IMG/VR virus record: IMGVR_UViG_3300036760_000522
Location: 1 to 64,000 of that record
Length of the DNA stretch: 64,000 bases
Direction: 5' to 3' (one strand)
The position numbers were made by a program, and so were the translations under genes. Of the stretch, positions 55,501 to 64,000 are shown piece by piece; the first letter of the stretch is position 1; each line of letters begins with the position of its first letter. Under the pieces are notes generated by a model. It was not told the DNA's origin and searched no databases. It saw nothing but the letters and a program-made list of their open reading frames with translations.

Positions 55501-56552
55501 GCCGAACTGCCAGCGATATTGTCTCGACGACCGATACGTCAGCAACAGCTCTCGATTACTCGAGGCTTGTTCAAGACGGAGTAGCACTCACCGACGTACT
55601 TCTCGCAGCAACACAGTACTCACGCGACGCCAACGACACGATTTCGATCGTAGACACGGTAGCAGTCGACAGGACCCGTGAAGTATCGGCGTCCGATACG
55701 ATCTCTGTCACTGACGCCGTGGCTACGGAATCTGTGTTTGGACGGACCGTCAGCGACACGATTTCGATCACTGACGAGCTTTCCACGGTCACGAACTACG
55801 TTCGGTTTGCTGATGACGCGATCAGCGTCGTCGACACAGTTACACGTGGGCTTGAAGCTGGGGTCTTTGCCCAAGACACGATCGACGTAACGGACGAAGT
55901 CACGAAGATCGTCACGTTTGAGAGGATCCTTACCGAGGTCCTGACTGTCACCGACGAGCTTCTTACCGTCACGAGCTACGTCCGGTTCGCGGATGACGCT
56001 TTCACGATTACAGACCAAGCCACATCCTCAGTCGAGCAGGACCGGTCGGCTGACGACACAATGTCGGCCACAGACGATGTCGGCATTGCCGTCGATTACG
56101 TTCGGTTCGTAGACGACAGTCCACCAGTTTTCGACGACGTCATCGTCCGGACTTTCGATTTCAGTCTACGAAATCAACCCCCGACAACCACGATCCTGCC
56201 GCCTGTACCCACGGTATTCCGTTACCTACAACGCCTTGTCAATGGGAATCTGGTCTTGACACTAAGAGACCGTCAAGGCCCTTTCACGCCAGCGATTTTG
56301 TACTACTGCCTCTACAGAGTCACCAACTCAGGCGGACGGATACTTGTCGGAGCGCGTCACATCCCCAACACAGCAGGAGTTGGAGTCTTCTATGTCGTCG
56401 CACGCGCCGGAGAGCAACAGCAACCAGGTAATTGGTTAATCAGATGGGAGTACCAGAAGACACGTAATTCCCAAGTACGTATCGTGGAGCAAGCATTTCA
56501 AGTCGTAGCCGGAACCGTCGCGAACCCTGTGCAGAAGTTTGGTTGGGAGTGA
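52539..56552 (+). CDS. long acidic ~20-aa-repeat fibre-like protein (1337 aa)
   Basis: N-terminal beta domain, roughly 45-50 repeats, C-terminal Ig-like domain similar to the N-terminus of 57118. Confidence 0.8.
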   Translation: MSSPSFLDVSAHVTGTTGTTRTPDASGFGLAADNILWCYVNLRFSGCSTATVTMPAAQNWSLASDQSRGTNARSLLYWRRWGDGTDDTTPTVTVTTGGLWGATLAAWTGCKETGNPYDAVTEDQETTASTTMTAQGATSDGIDRTSTRWFFSPDDNNHGSPSEGTLAFGGTSYQNSSGVGYSTSCSYLTGEVSGDVGTATMTQGSNGPDTYNWHTIVLAPSTYDPSISDDTISTTDSVAVSIDYGRSSSDTISVTDSVAVSPTFGRAVSDAISVVTDLTVELLTTTITYDVTVSDAISVTDQLLVETAFPEDAISVTDTTTTSLDYGRSASDSIDIVDETEIMTANLDVMVEDTISVTDTISIDLVYARTADDTVSVTDQTSVDLVYAREANDAISVTEDTLAETAFPQDTISVTDQFAVELSFDRSASDTIVTTDQILTSVEFDRSASDAISTTDETSIAFEREANDTVSVTDTSTTNVEYERLVSDAVSIADQTTTELTFNRTASDSIVATDTTTAELESGEVVGIDDDIDVDVVYGRIVSDVVPVTDDLSVTTFYDRTLSDVVSVADQTLIETVFPEDSISIVDAVAVGFVFDRLLSDAVSVTDTTQVNVEFDRTLADTVSVVDAIIVGIQFDRFADEAISVADSTAITVDRSPSDTVSVTDETAVAADYSRTLVDVITVADQVTSSVEYDRVASDTISAADTTAVTLTFTRTASDTVSVADQTMVETSFDADVIDITDTVATAVDYQRTLSDTISVSDQTTVENAFPEDTISVTDATVVDLAYNRKPADTISTTDKASWFFYLGLSDAVLDSDVAYTSLTYEKSAADTISVTDQATASRELGRVVSDTISVSDTTTIDLYRIISVTASDTVTVVDQTTPATSYVRSAQDTVSTADTVAAGLEFTRSASDTISVTDTSATSVSFSRTATDAIVVTDTLTAETNYVRTVQDTISITDQVVRSISFDRSASDAISVADAATVALTLGRTASDIVSTTDTSATALDYSRLVQDGVALTDVLLAATQYSRDANDTISIVDTVAVDRTREVSASDTISVTDAVATESVFGRTVSDTISITDELSTVTNYVRFADDAISVVDTVTRGLEAGVFAQDTIDVTDEVTKIVTFERILTEVLTVTDELLTVTSYVRFADDAFTITDQATSSVEQDRSADDTMSATDDVGIAVDYVRFVDDSPPVFDDVIVRTFDFSLRNQPPTTTILPPVPTVFRYLQRLVNGNLVLTLRDRQGPFTPAILYYCLYRVTNSGGRILVGARHIPNTAGVGVFYVVARAGEQQQPGNWLIRWEYQKTRNSQVRIVEQAFQVVAGTVANPVQKFGWE

Positions 56553-56932
56553 CAATGCAGAAATTGCTGGAAAAGCTTCGCGCGTTTGAGGCGTCAACTA
56601 CTTCGGAACTTTGGATTACACGTTACGCAATGCGTGTGATCTGTCCTTCTTGTGCGGACAAGATGGCGTCTCTCGGGATCCGCAGTGTCCGGGCCTCAGT
56701 GTTATTTGGTGAGGAGCGCCTAGCTGCTGCTGCCTTGGACCGTACTGTCACAGCCGCTTGGGGCACGTTGCCGAAGGGGTGGACCAATAAGTCGGTCAAG
56801 AAGTTTTGGGAGTCGTTGACAGGGGATAGAAAGCACAAGATCACAGCCTGCATGAAGGCCCTCAAAGGAAAGCCTGGGATCGACGATCCTGGAGCCTTTT
56901 GTGCTAGCCTGAAGCGGAAACTCGAGGACTAA
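56543..56932 (+). CDS. hypothetical virion-associated protein
   Basis: ORF in structural run; DDPGAFCASL motif. Confidence 0.6.
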   Translation: MGVTMQKLLEKLRAFEASTTSELWITRYAMRVICPSCADKMASLGIRSVRASVLFGEERLAAAALDRTVTAAWGTLPKGWTNKSVKKFWESLTGDRKHKITACMKALKGKPGIDDPGAFCASLKRKLED

Positions 56933-57117
56933 AGCAATGGGCCACTACACGTATGATCGTCGAACCGCGGCGACAACAGACCCAGATTGGGAAGCACTCG
57001 AAAACGACCTGGAGCTCAATCTTGGCGACTTGCGTAAAGCAGGTGGAAGACACGGGACTCCGGGAATTGCGACTGAAGCCAACACTGTCAAAGTGACTCG
57101 TTCCGGACGTTAAGTGT

Positions 57118-57885
57118 ATGTCAGGCGTCGCGTACTTTCGAGGGCAGCAGTTAGGGATCGACGACCTCGACCTATGCCTTGAAACGTCGTCAGGCCGACC
57201 TGTCAACGCGGCTGAGATTAGCTACGCTCTCTACGACTTCACGACTGGGCAAGAGGCTTTGCTCGGGATCCCACGACGGACACCGGTCAACGATGTCGTA
57301 GGACACTACTACGCCAGCCTCATCATTCCTCTCGACGCGAACATTGGTTGCTATCGGATCCGGTGGACCTTTCGTGAACTCATCGGCGGAGCCGTTAATC
57401 AAGTGGTCCAAGAGTTCAATGTCATCGACAAGGTGGCTCCTGAAACGACCATCTACACATGTTGTGAAGCCGAGTTGATTCGCAGCTTGCGGTACAGAAC
57501 CCGCGACCTGCGCCCGGATCGCAATTATCACTTCAGACCTCCGGCGCACGAAGAAACCATCCGACAGTTCAATCGTGTGTTTGGTTACATCTGGGAAGAT
57601 GATGAGCTACGAGAATTTTTGAGCCAGGCACTCGACATGGTGTCGGCTGCTCCGCCACGTACACCGATTCCGAACTGCGACATCTTGGCTAGAACCTATC
57701 CCGAATGGCGTTCACTCGTGGTGACAGGCGCCATGATGCATGCGATCTTTGCGTTGATGCTGAATTGGATTTCTGACGAATTCTCAGTTGTAGGGAGCAC
57801 ATTGGTTCGTGTTACGCTTCCGGATGGGCAGGTACTAGACTTGGCAATCAAAGAGCTGCACGACATTCTCCATGAGGATTTGTGA
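57118..57885 (+). CDS. putative head-tail connector/neck protein, N-part, ending in a 33-aa split-intein N fragment
   Basis: extein ends WISDEF; followed by SVVGSTLVRVTLPDG (intein block A-like) and a stop. Confidence 0.75.
   Translation: MSGVAYFRGQQLGIDDLDLCLETSSGRPVNAAEISYALYDFTTGQEALLGIPRRTPVNDVVGHYYASLIIPLDANIGCYRIRWTFRELIGGAVNQVVQEFNVIDKVAPETTIYTCCEAELIRSLRYRTRDLRPDRNYHFRPPAHEETIRQFNRVFGYIWEDDELREFLSQALDMVSAAPPRTPIPNCDILARTYPEWRSLVVTGAMMHAIFALMLNWISDEFSVVGSTLVRVTLPDGQVLDLAIKELHDILHEDL
57784..57885 (+). mobile_element. split intein N-fragment (Ser1, 33 aa)
   Basis: block A-like S-V-V-G-S-T-x-V...DG. Confidence 0.75.
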
Positions 57886-58850
57886 TGTCGTCTGGGTTGT
57901 CTAAACGGCAAGTGGCTCGTCAGTACGGACTCAATTTACACACAGTTGATATACTCTTGAAAAGAAATGTGCTGTCAATTCAAGCGGGTTGTTCACGACT
58001 TCGGCCCAAGCTTGTTGGTTTGGAAAAATTAGTTGAAGGAGAGCATTACATTGTGTGCTTGGAGTGTGGAGCATTCCAAGGAGCGATCATGTCCAAGCAT
58101 CTTCAAGCTTGTTCTGGGACCACGTACGCCGCCTACTTGTGTAGATATCCTGACACTCCTACGATGTCTGTTTTGACTGCTGCCAGCAAAGCCAAAACAG
58201 ACAGTCAGAAACGGTGTCAGTCCTTGACTTTGAAAGCGAGATTCAAGACAAAATCTGGTGATATTACCCGACGACAAATCTCAGAGGCGTCACGTCGATT
58301 ACATGATTCCGGATATCGTGAACGTGCCGCACGACACCTTCGTGTGTTGAATTCCCAACCAGAGCAGAGAGCAGCCCGGTCCGCAGAATCTAAGGCTAGG
58401 TGGGATTCAGGGGAGCAGGGATCTGTAAACAAGAGGTGGAGAACGAAGCATAGAGGTGAGATGCTTGCACTGGCTGCCAACGCACGTCGACATATTGGAC
58501 GGAAGCTAACCAAAATACACAAGGCTGCCAAAGACGCCATGCACGCCTCGGGACTTTCAGGGTTTGTCACTGAATACGAGGTGGGGTACTACTCTATAGA
58601 TGAGGCCCGTCCTGACCTCCGATTAGCCGTAGAGATTGACGGTTGTTACTGGCACGGTTGTCTTGTATGTGGTTTTTCCGGGATGGACAATACTCGGTCC
58701 TACGATAGACGTAAAACCACTTACCTGCGCAATCGCGGGTGGACCATTCTTCATCTTCGCGAGCACGAGATTAAGGACAATCTCAACGAGTGTGTGCGTC
58801 GTGTAGGTCGTATGGTTGAACAATTGTCTGCTAGAGAGGTTGCAGCATGA
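57885..58850 (+). CDS. free-standing Vsr/DUF559-like endonuclease with N-terminal HTH and zinc finger
   Basis: EY.VGYYSID...LAVEIDGCYWHG...YDRRK...LRNRGW.ILHL.E; CLECG...KHL. Confidence 0.8.
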   Translation: MSSGLSKRQVARQYGLNLHTVDILLKRNVLSIQAGCSRLRPKLVGLEKLVEGEHYIVCLECGAFQGAIMSKHLQACSGTTYAAYLCRYPDTPTMSVLTAASKAKTDSQKRCQSLTLKARFKTKSGDITRRQISEASRRLHDSGYRERAARHLRVLNSQPEQRAARSAESKARWDSGEQGSVNKRWRTKHRGEMLALAANARRHIGRKLTKIHKAAKDAMHASGLSGFVTEYEVGYYSIDEARPDLRLAVEIDGCYWHGCLVCGFSGMDNTRSYDRRKTTYLRNRGWTILHLREHEIKDNLNECVRRVGRMVEQLSAREVAA

Positions 58851-59479
58851 ACATTGAAACTCGGAAAGCGATACAAGATGCTTTCCGCATAGGTCAGCTT
58901 CGTGTTCAAACTGTGGAACCGTCAACTGGTCATGTAAATCTGTGTGTTGTATCTGACGTGTTGCGCCACGAAACGGCACATAAAGATAATGTACGTGTGG
59001 TACTCAATGACGGCCGGACAGTTACGTCAACGATCGATCATTCATTGTTCTCCAGACACGACAGCAAGATTTCCCCTATTCAAGCTGGGTCTCTCAAATC
59101 CGGAGATACTGTCGCTACAGTGTCTGGAGGATCTTTAGAATGGTCGGAGGTGGCCAATGTCGATCGACAACCACCTGAGAAACACACGTACGACTTGTCG
59201 GTTCCGGGCCCAGAGAACTTCGTACTTTCGAACGGTATCCTTGCACACAACTCGTACTCGATAGGGGGTGTCTCCCTCGATATTGAGAAGTCGAGCAAGT
59301 ACGAGTCTGCTTACCAGGCGATCAAGGATCAGTTCAACGAACAACTTGAAAAGGCCAAGGCGACAGTGAAGATCGTCAAGGGGCTACAGCAACCGAGATT
59401 CGGCATCGGGATCCGATCCAGCTTCGGTCCTATGGTTTCAGCTGGTGCCCTCACTCCTTCAAAATTTGTTGGATTTTAG
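58847..59479 (+). CDS. split intein C-fragment (135 aa) + C-extein of the neck protein
   Basis: TIDHSLF (block B), TYDLSVPGPENFV (F), AHN-S (G, Ser+1 at 59252); extein SYSIGGVSLDIEKSSKY. Confidence 0.85.
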   Translation: MNIETRKAIQDAFRIGQLRVQTVEPSTGHVNLCVVSDVLRHETAHKDNVRVVLNDGRTVTSTIDHSLFSRHDSKISPIQAGSLKSGDTVATVSGGSLEWSEVANVDRQPPEKHTYDLSVPGPENFVLSNGILAHNSYSIGGVSLDIEKSSKYESAYQAIKDQFNEQLEKAKATVKIVKGLQQPRFGIGIRSSFGPMVSAGALTPSKFVGF

Positions 59480-59499
59480 ATTCGGTGTTTCTTAAGCCT

Positions 59500-59808
59500 A
59501 TGTCTGAAGCAGTTGAAACCCAGAAACCCACCCAACTCACACCGAACGATCCTGTGGATCCAGAGCAGCTGGACCTATTTCGGCAGCTCGCCGAGTCACG
59601 TGCACGATTGTCAGACACTCTTTTGTCCCTGGAGCTGGAGAAGATCCAGATCCTCGGTGCAGCTCGCCAGATAGAGGCACAACAAGGCAAACTCATGGCG
59701 AGGTGCCTGACAGAGCGAGGACTGGCGCCTAATACTGCCGTGAGTATCGACCCGAAGACAGGCGTGTTGACTGTCATACAACAAGAACCTGAGATGCCCT
59801 CCAGTTGA
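59500..59808 (+). CDS. coiled-coil hypothetical protein
   Basis: ORF. Confidence 0.6.
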   Translation: MSEAVETQKPTQLTPNDPVDPEQLDLFRQLAESRARLSDTLLSLELEKIQILGAARQIEAQQGKLMARCLTERGLAPNTAVSIDPKTGVLTVIQQEPEMPSS

Positions 59809-59821
59809 GAGAGGCGCTACG

Positions 59822-60094
59822 TTGATCTATGTGGATCAGTTGATGAGCGGCACTGTAGATGGTTGTCGTGCAACGCAGTGGTGCCATCTCATTGCTGATA
59901 CCGACGAAGAGCTACACAGTTTTGCTAAACAGATAGGTATGAAACATGTGTGGTTCCAAGATGCGCCGCCGGCCAGTTTTCCCCATTACGATTTGACGGC
60001 ACGACGACGTACAGTCGCTGTCAGGCTGGGTGCCACAGAATTAGCGCGACGCGAATTCTCGGCTAAGATGAAGCAGATCCGTCAAACTTGGTGA
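59822..60094 (+). CDS. DUF4031 family protein
   Basis: MIYVD...WCHL.ADT.EELH.FA..IG...WFQ...HYDL. Confidence 0.8.
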   Translation: MIYVDQLMSGTVDGCRATQWCHLIADTDEELHSFAKQIGMKHVWFQDAPPASFPHYDLTARRRTVAVRLGATELARREFSAKMKQIRQTW

Positions 60095-60100
60095 TTTTCA

Positions 60101-62737
60101 ATGCCGTACGCTTCCCAACGAGATCGTGATCCCTCACTACTCGAACTTGAGGTTACGCCGTGGCCAGCCCCGCCACTCAATCTGTTTCTGACGAGCGGTT
60201 ACAAGCCTGGGGTTTTCGATCTTGTTTGGACGGATCCTTCTCAGCTGACACTGAATTCCAGATTCATTCTGGTCGGGGTCAACATTTATCGATCCTTCGA
60301 TTCTGAGTTTGGACCCTACGACCGTATCAACGAGTTCCCCATCGGTTCAACGTTCTGGCGAGACCAGACCGACAATGTCCTGATCTTGGACGAACCAGTT
60401 ACTGACGATCGTTGGCTTCTTCGAGGCCCTTGTACAGGCTCTGAGCTGGATGCTCCTAGGTATGTGTTCCGAACGCTTAGGTGCCCCCTGGTGCAGCCCG
60501 GGTCGCAAGCCCTACCAGCGAACATCCGGGACGTGGAAGTCCGCGTCAATGGCGTTGTGGCCCGTCTCAGTCGCGTCATTGGACCAACTGGTGAAATCGA
60601 GGTCGATCCAAATTCCTACCCCAACGTAGCTCTCCAAAAGCGGGACCCTGGGATCATTCCGGATCCTGGAACAACAGTCACAGTCTCCTACACCTACGAC
60701 AGATCGTTGCTTCGAACCGATCTCTTACAGCGGGTCTTTTACCGGGCGACGACCGTTGGCTATTTGGTTGACCTCAATTGTGCAACTGAGGTCACGCCAA
60801 TCCTACGTGAGACACCTCTAGAGCGTGCTGCGGTAACGAGCAGCGTCGAGGTCGAGAAGATTGATTGGATCTGGCGCGAGGCAGTTCGTCGCAATCGGTG
60901 GATTCTGGATCAAGGCGGCGAACGCGTCAAAGTGTTCATTCGGAAGCATGTGGGTGAGATTTGTGGTTGCACACAAACGACAACTCATAAACAACCGTTG
61001 AACGATTGTCATGTCTGTTTTGCACCGCAAACTTTGGTGCGCACTGATACCGGATACAAACCCATTAACACAGTAGCTGTGGGTGATCATGTTTTGTCTT
61101 CGAGCGGCCAGTATAGCCGTGTGACACGTGTGTTCGAAACCCCCTTTACAGGCGACTTGTTGGCAATCAGGTCCGCAGTTTCAACCAATGCGATTTTGAC
61201 TACTTTGAATCATCCTTTTTACACCTTGGTTGGACACCACGGTGTTGTCCAGTGCCGCCCGACGACTTGCCACATGATTTTGGACCGTGATAACGTTCTC
61301 TACAGTATTCAAGGACAAGGTACGGGGGTACGACAACTCCCTAGTGGGCGTTGGTGGGCGAGAGCTGGTGCTGGAACTAGAGGAAAACGTATAAGTTTGG
61401 GTACATTTTCTACTGAAGAGGAAGCCAAACAAGTTGTTCAATCCTATCGTCTGCGTCACAAGAAAGCCCACTCTTTGGAGTGGCTTCGAGCTGAGGATTT
61501 GGACGAGGATGATTGGCTTGTCGCACAATATCCGAGAACCGTCAGGGACTTGACCTATGTGGAGATCCCTCTATGTTTTCAAAAAACATCCCAATTTGGT
61601 CCAGATCGTCAAGGTGTTACACGATTTGATGTCGATGAAGAATTTCTGTGGGTTGTCGGATTGTACTTAGCTGAAGGATCTGCCGGTGGTCGCAGTATCA
61701 CCTTTGCTCTTCACGCGGATGAAGTAGACTACCAAAGTAGAGTCAAACGGTTTTTTGATCAACGTGGGTACACAGCCTCTATTAGAGTCGATAGTGGCGA
61801 CGGTCTAGGAGCCGTCGTGGTAGTCAACGGTTCACATTTATCAGAGTGGTTCCCTGTTTGGTTGGGTAGACACTGCGATAAAAAGCGGATACCAGAAGAG
61901 TTGATGTGTTTGCCTCCGAAAAAACAACAGTGGTTGCTTCAAGGGATCTACGATGGCGACGGATGGAAAAACGGTACTGAAGTAACACAGACTTCCGAAT
62001 TACTGGCTCTGCAATTGTCGGAGGTTCTACACCGCATTGGGAAACGGCCTTTAATACGACAACAACGTAGCAAGGCGTTGACACCTAAAGGCAATCCACG
62101 CAAATTGGCCTACTGTGTGAATTGGGAGGGTTCAGAGTTTACCAATGCCAGTCGAAAAGGTCGGTGGTCTTTCGAAGGACAGGAACTGTCTAGGATCAAG
62201 GGGATCACAAAAGTTCCATACGAAGGACCAGTATACAATTTGGAGGTCGAAGGGGATCACACGTATGTTGTGCAGGGTGTAGTGGTGCACAATTGTTACG
62301 GCACCTCAATAGTTGGTGGGTACGAAGGACCGTTCGATGTCGTCATGGCCCCCGACGACGCTGAACGAAAGCATTCACAACGTGACACGGGACGTACGAT
62401 CGAACATGGGTACGAGGTTTGGACGGGTCCTAGTCCACTCCTCAGTCAACGTGACTTTGTCGTCAAGATCACAGGGGACCGCTACAGCGTAGGTGCTGTC
62501 CGAATGCCGACGAATCGCGGCATGGTGCTCCAACAACACTTCATGTTGGGGCATTTGGACGAGAAAGACATCAGGTATCGTGTTCCGATCGATCTCTGCA
62601 ATCACGTGGTGTCTAGGTATGTAGACCGGTTGGTTCCTCCTCTCAACTCACCTGCACAAATAACGGACAAGTCAAACATACCTAGTGAGCGTCAGATTCG
62701 TGGCCGCACTATTACGTGGGAAAATATCGTCTGGTGA
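60101..62737 (+). CDS. putative head-closure/neck structural protein containing an intein
   Basis: FN3-like N-terminus, GGERVKVFIRK, C.C...CHV|CYG zinc cluster, C-terminal D.VV...G.RY.V. Confidence 0.65.
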   Translation: MPYASQRDRDPSLLELEVTPWPAPPLNLFLTSGYKPGVFDLVWTDPSQLTLNSRFILVGVNIYRSFDSEFGPYDRINEFPIGSTFWRDQTDNVLILDEPVTDDRWLLRGPCTGSELDAPRYVFRTLRCPLVQPGSQALPANIRDVEVRVNGVVARLSRVIGPTGEIEVDPNSYPNVALQKRDPGIIPDPGTTVTVSYTYDRSLLRTDLLQRVFYRATTVGYLVDLNCATEVTPILRETPLERAAVTSSVEVEKIDWIWREAVRRNRWILDQGGERVKVFIRKHVGEICGCTQTTTHKQPLNDCHVCFAPQTLVRTDTGYKPINTVAVGDHVLSSSGQYSRVTRVFETPFTGDLLAIRSAVSTNAILTTLNHPFYTLVGHHGVVQCRPTTCHMILDRDNVLYSIQGQGTGVRQLPSGRWWARAGAGTRGKRISLGTFSTEEEAKQVVQSYRLRHKKAHSLEWLRAEDLDEDDWLVAQYPRTVRDLTYVEIPLCFQKTSQFGPDRQGVTRFDVDEEFLWVVGLYLAEGSAGGRSITFALHADEVDYQSRVKRFFDQRGYTASIRVDSGDGLGAVVVVNGSHLSEWFPVWLGRHCDKKRIPEELMCLPPKKQQWLLQGIYDGDGWKNGTEVTQTSELLALQLSEVLHRIGKRPLIRQQRSKALTPKGNPRKLAYCVNWEGSEFTNASRKGRWSFEGQELSRIKGITKVPYEGPVYNLEVEGDHTYVVQGVVVHNCYGTSIVGGYEGPFDVVMAPDDAERKHSQRDTGRTIEHGYEVWTGPSPLLSQRDFVVKITGDRYSVGAVRMPTNRGMVLQQHFMLGHLDEKDIRYRVPIDLCNHVVSRYVDRLVPPLNSPAQITDKSNIPSERQIRGRTITWENIVW
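61016..62293 (+). mobile_element. intein (426 aa) with AP2-like domain and LAGLIDADG endonuclease
   Basis: CFAPQT start, TLNHPF, VHN-C end; GVRQLPSGRWWAR...ISLGTFSTEEEA; VGLYLAEGS and LQGIYDGDG. Confidence 0.9.
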
Positions 62738-62738
62738 C

Positions 62739-63218
62739 ATGATCTCTCCTCCACAATTTCGAATCAACGTGAAGTCGTTGCTACCCAAGCGACGGAAGGT
62801 CGAACCACGACGTGTGTTGCGAGAAGCCCAGAAGGAGATCCTCCGACAGCTTCGACGGGAGATCCAGGACACTGCATTCTCGACTCGAGCCAAGCGGGCC
62901 TTGAGTCAGGGAATGACGACTCGGATCGGAAACCGAAGTCTCAAGGTTATTGCGAAGCATCCTGCCTTCTTCCCGCTTCTACGTGGACAGAAGAGCGAAC
63001 AGATGACTTGGCTTACGAAAGCGAAACGGCCTATCCCGATCATCCTAGATGATGGTACTCTGATTTTCCGGAATGCGACTCCTCGAAGCATGCAAAACGG
63101 TAGTTGGATCCATCCTGGGCGTTCTCCGACGACCGTCATCGAACGGGCACGAAAGAAGACCCGAGAGATCATTCAACGACGCGTCGTGGAGTCTTTGCGG
63201 AAGGGTCTCGGAGTTTGA
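62739..63218 (+). CDS. basic putative neck/tail-completion protein (HK97 gp10-like candidate)
   Basis: Arg/Lys-rich; W.HPG motif; neck-module position. Confidence 0.5.
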   Translation: MISPPQFRINVKSLLPKRRKVEPRRVLREAQKEILRQLRREIQDTAFSTRAKRALSQGMTTRIGNRSLKVIAKHPAFFPLLRGQKSEQMTWLTKAKRPIPIILDDGTLIFRNATPRSMQNGSWIHPGRSPTTVIERARKKTREIIQRRVVESLRKGLGV

Positions 63219-63219
63219 C

Positions 63220-63780
63220 ATGTCGGACGGAGGAATCACTGTTTCGAAGACAACGACGGGGGCCTTTCTAATACAAGATATCCGTGTTTATGTCGAACAC
63301 GGCAAGGCGACTTTTATACCGGCTGACAAGGTTGTGTCGTCACGGGACCTGCACCGGGCTCTCTCAGACAAACAGCTCTTTCACTTGACGAGCAGCATGT
63401 TGCAACAACAGGCACAAGATCCTCGAGTAGCTGATCTGACTCGTACAAATGAGGATCTGCGACGTCAACTCGCCGAGCAGCAAGGCCAATGGCAACGGTC
63501 TGTAGAATCGTTGGAGAAGAAATTGGACAACGTCTTGGTAGCGGTGTCTCAACAACCGAAGGTCATTACCGTTCAGGCACCTGCGGCTGAGACAGCAGTA
63601 AAGATCGATTGGGAATTGAAGGAAGGAGCTAACGATATCGTGGACGAGACTGGAACATACGTTCCGAATATCCGGGCCAAAGCGGACAGTGTGAATGTGA
63701 CTGTGACCCCCAAGACCGAAGAAGTCTCTATTGAAGAGACTGCCAAACGCTTGCGACACACTCGCCGCAAACCCTTATGA
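63220..63780 (+). CDS. hypothetical coiled-coil protein
   Basis: ATG at 63220 two nt after upstream stop. Confidence 0.6.
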   Translation: MSDGGITVSKTTTGAFLIQDIRVYVEHGKATFIPADKVVSSRDLHRALSDKQLFHLTSSMLQQQAQDPRVADLTRTNEDLRRQLAEQQGQWQRSVESLEKKLDNVLVAVSQQPKVITVQAPAAETAVKIDWELKEGANDIVDETGTYVPNIRAKADSVNVTVTPKTEEVSIEETAKRLRHTRRKPL

Positions 63781-64000
63781 ATAGTCGTGTGGTATGGACC
63801 CCGTTTGGCAAGCTGTTTGGCACGATCCGACTTCTTATGACGCCCTGATTCACGGGCCGCCTTACTTGCCAACGCAAAAGCTGAGCAGCGAAGACCGATC
63901 TGAGGTTCGAGCTTTTGCTCGAAAGACTGCGGACGATCTGCGTTACGTTACTTCAGGCACCACACTATTCGGTCTTCTGGCTTGGTTGCACGCAATGAGC

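Noticed and set aside
46030-56018. Numerous antisense and alternate-frame ORFs over fibre genes
   Set aside because: Shadow ORFs of long low-complexity coding sequences
1-64000. tRNA/rRNA genes, cas1/cas2/cas4/cas6, integrase or transposase
   Set aside because: No recognisable signatures by eye; tRNAscan-SE and HMM searches would be needed to exclude divergent copies, and such genes may lie outside the window

Overview
64-kb fragment of a large (probably jumbo) tailed dsDNA phage genome, moderately GC-rich. It has dense small hypothetical ORFs, DNA-metabolism genes, a lysis region and a neck/fibre structural module. No rRNA, tRNA or host core operons were seen. The host is unknown; the CheY-like receiver, Cys-rich lipoprotein and GC-rich spacers loosely suggest a myxobacterium-like host (inference). 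The main feature is a phage-encoded type I-C-derived CRISPR-Cas locus (2707-10870): cas5c, cas8c with an internal cas11 start, cas7, and an SF2 helicase with no HD nuclease in place of Cas3; no cas1/2/4/6 are in the window. The array has 11 near-identical 36-nt repeats followed by about 22 repeats whose stems differ in sequence but stay base-paired, and whose 11-nt 3' handle is nearly invariant. Two spacers in this variant tract (from 9358 and 10100) match a TTC-PAM-flanked site overlapping the putative cas5 promoter/RBS (2693-2706), suggesting crRNA-guided autorepression. Other highlights: a fractured neck-protein gene with an atypically split Ser1/Ser+1 intein around a free-standing Vsr-like endonuclease; an intein with both AP2 and LAGLIDADG domains; an intein-containing methyltransferase-helicase; Tad2-like and 2H-phosphoesterase anti-defence candidates; a split thymidylate kinase; and several perfect intergenic palindromes. 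All family calls come from motif recognition by eye; no searches were run.
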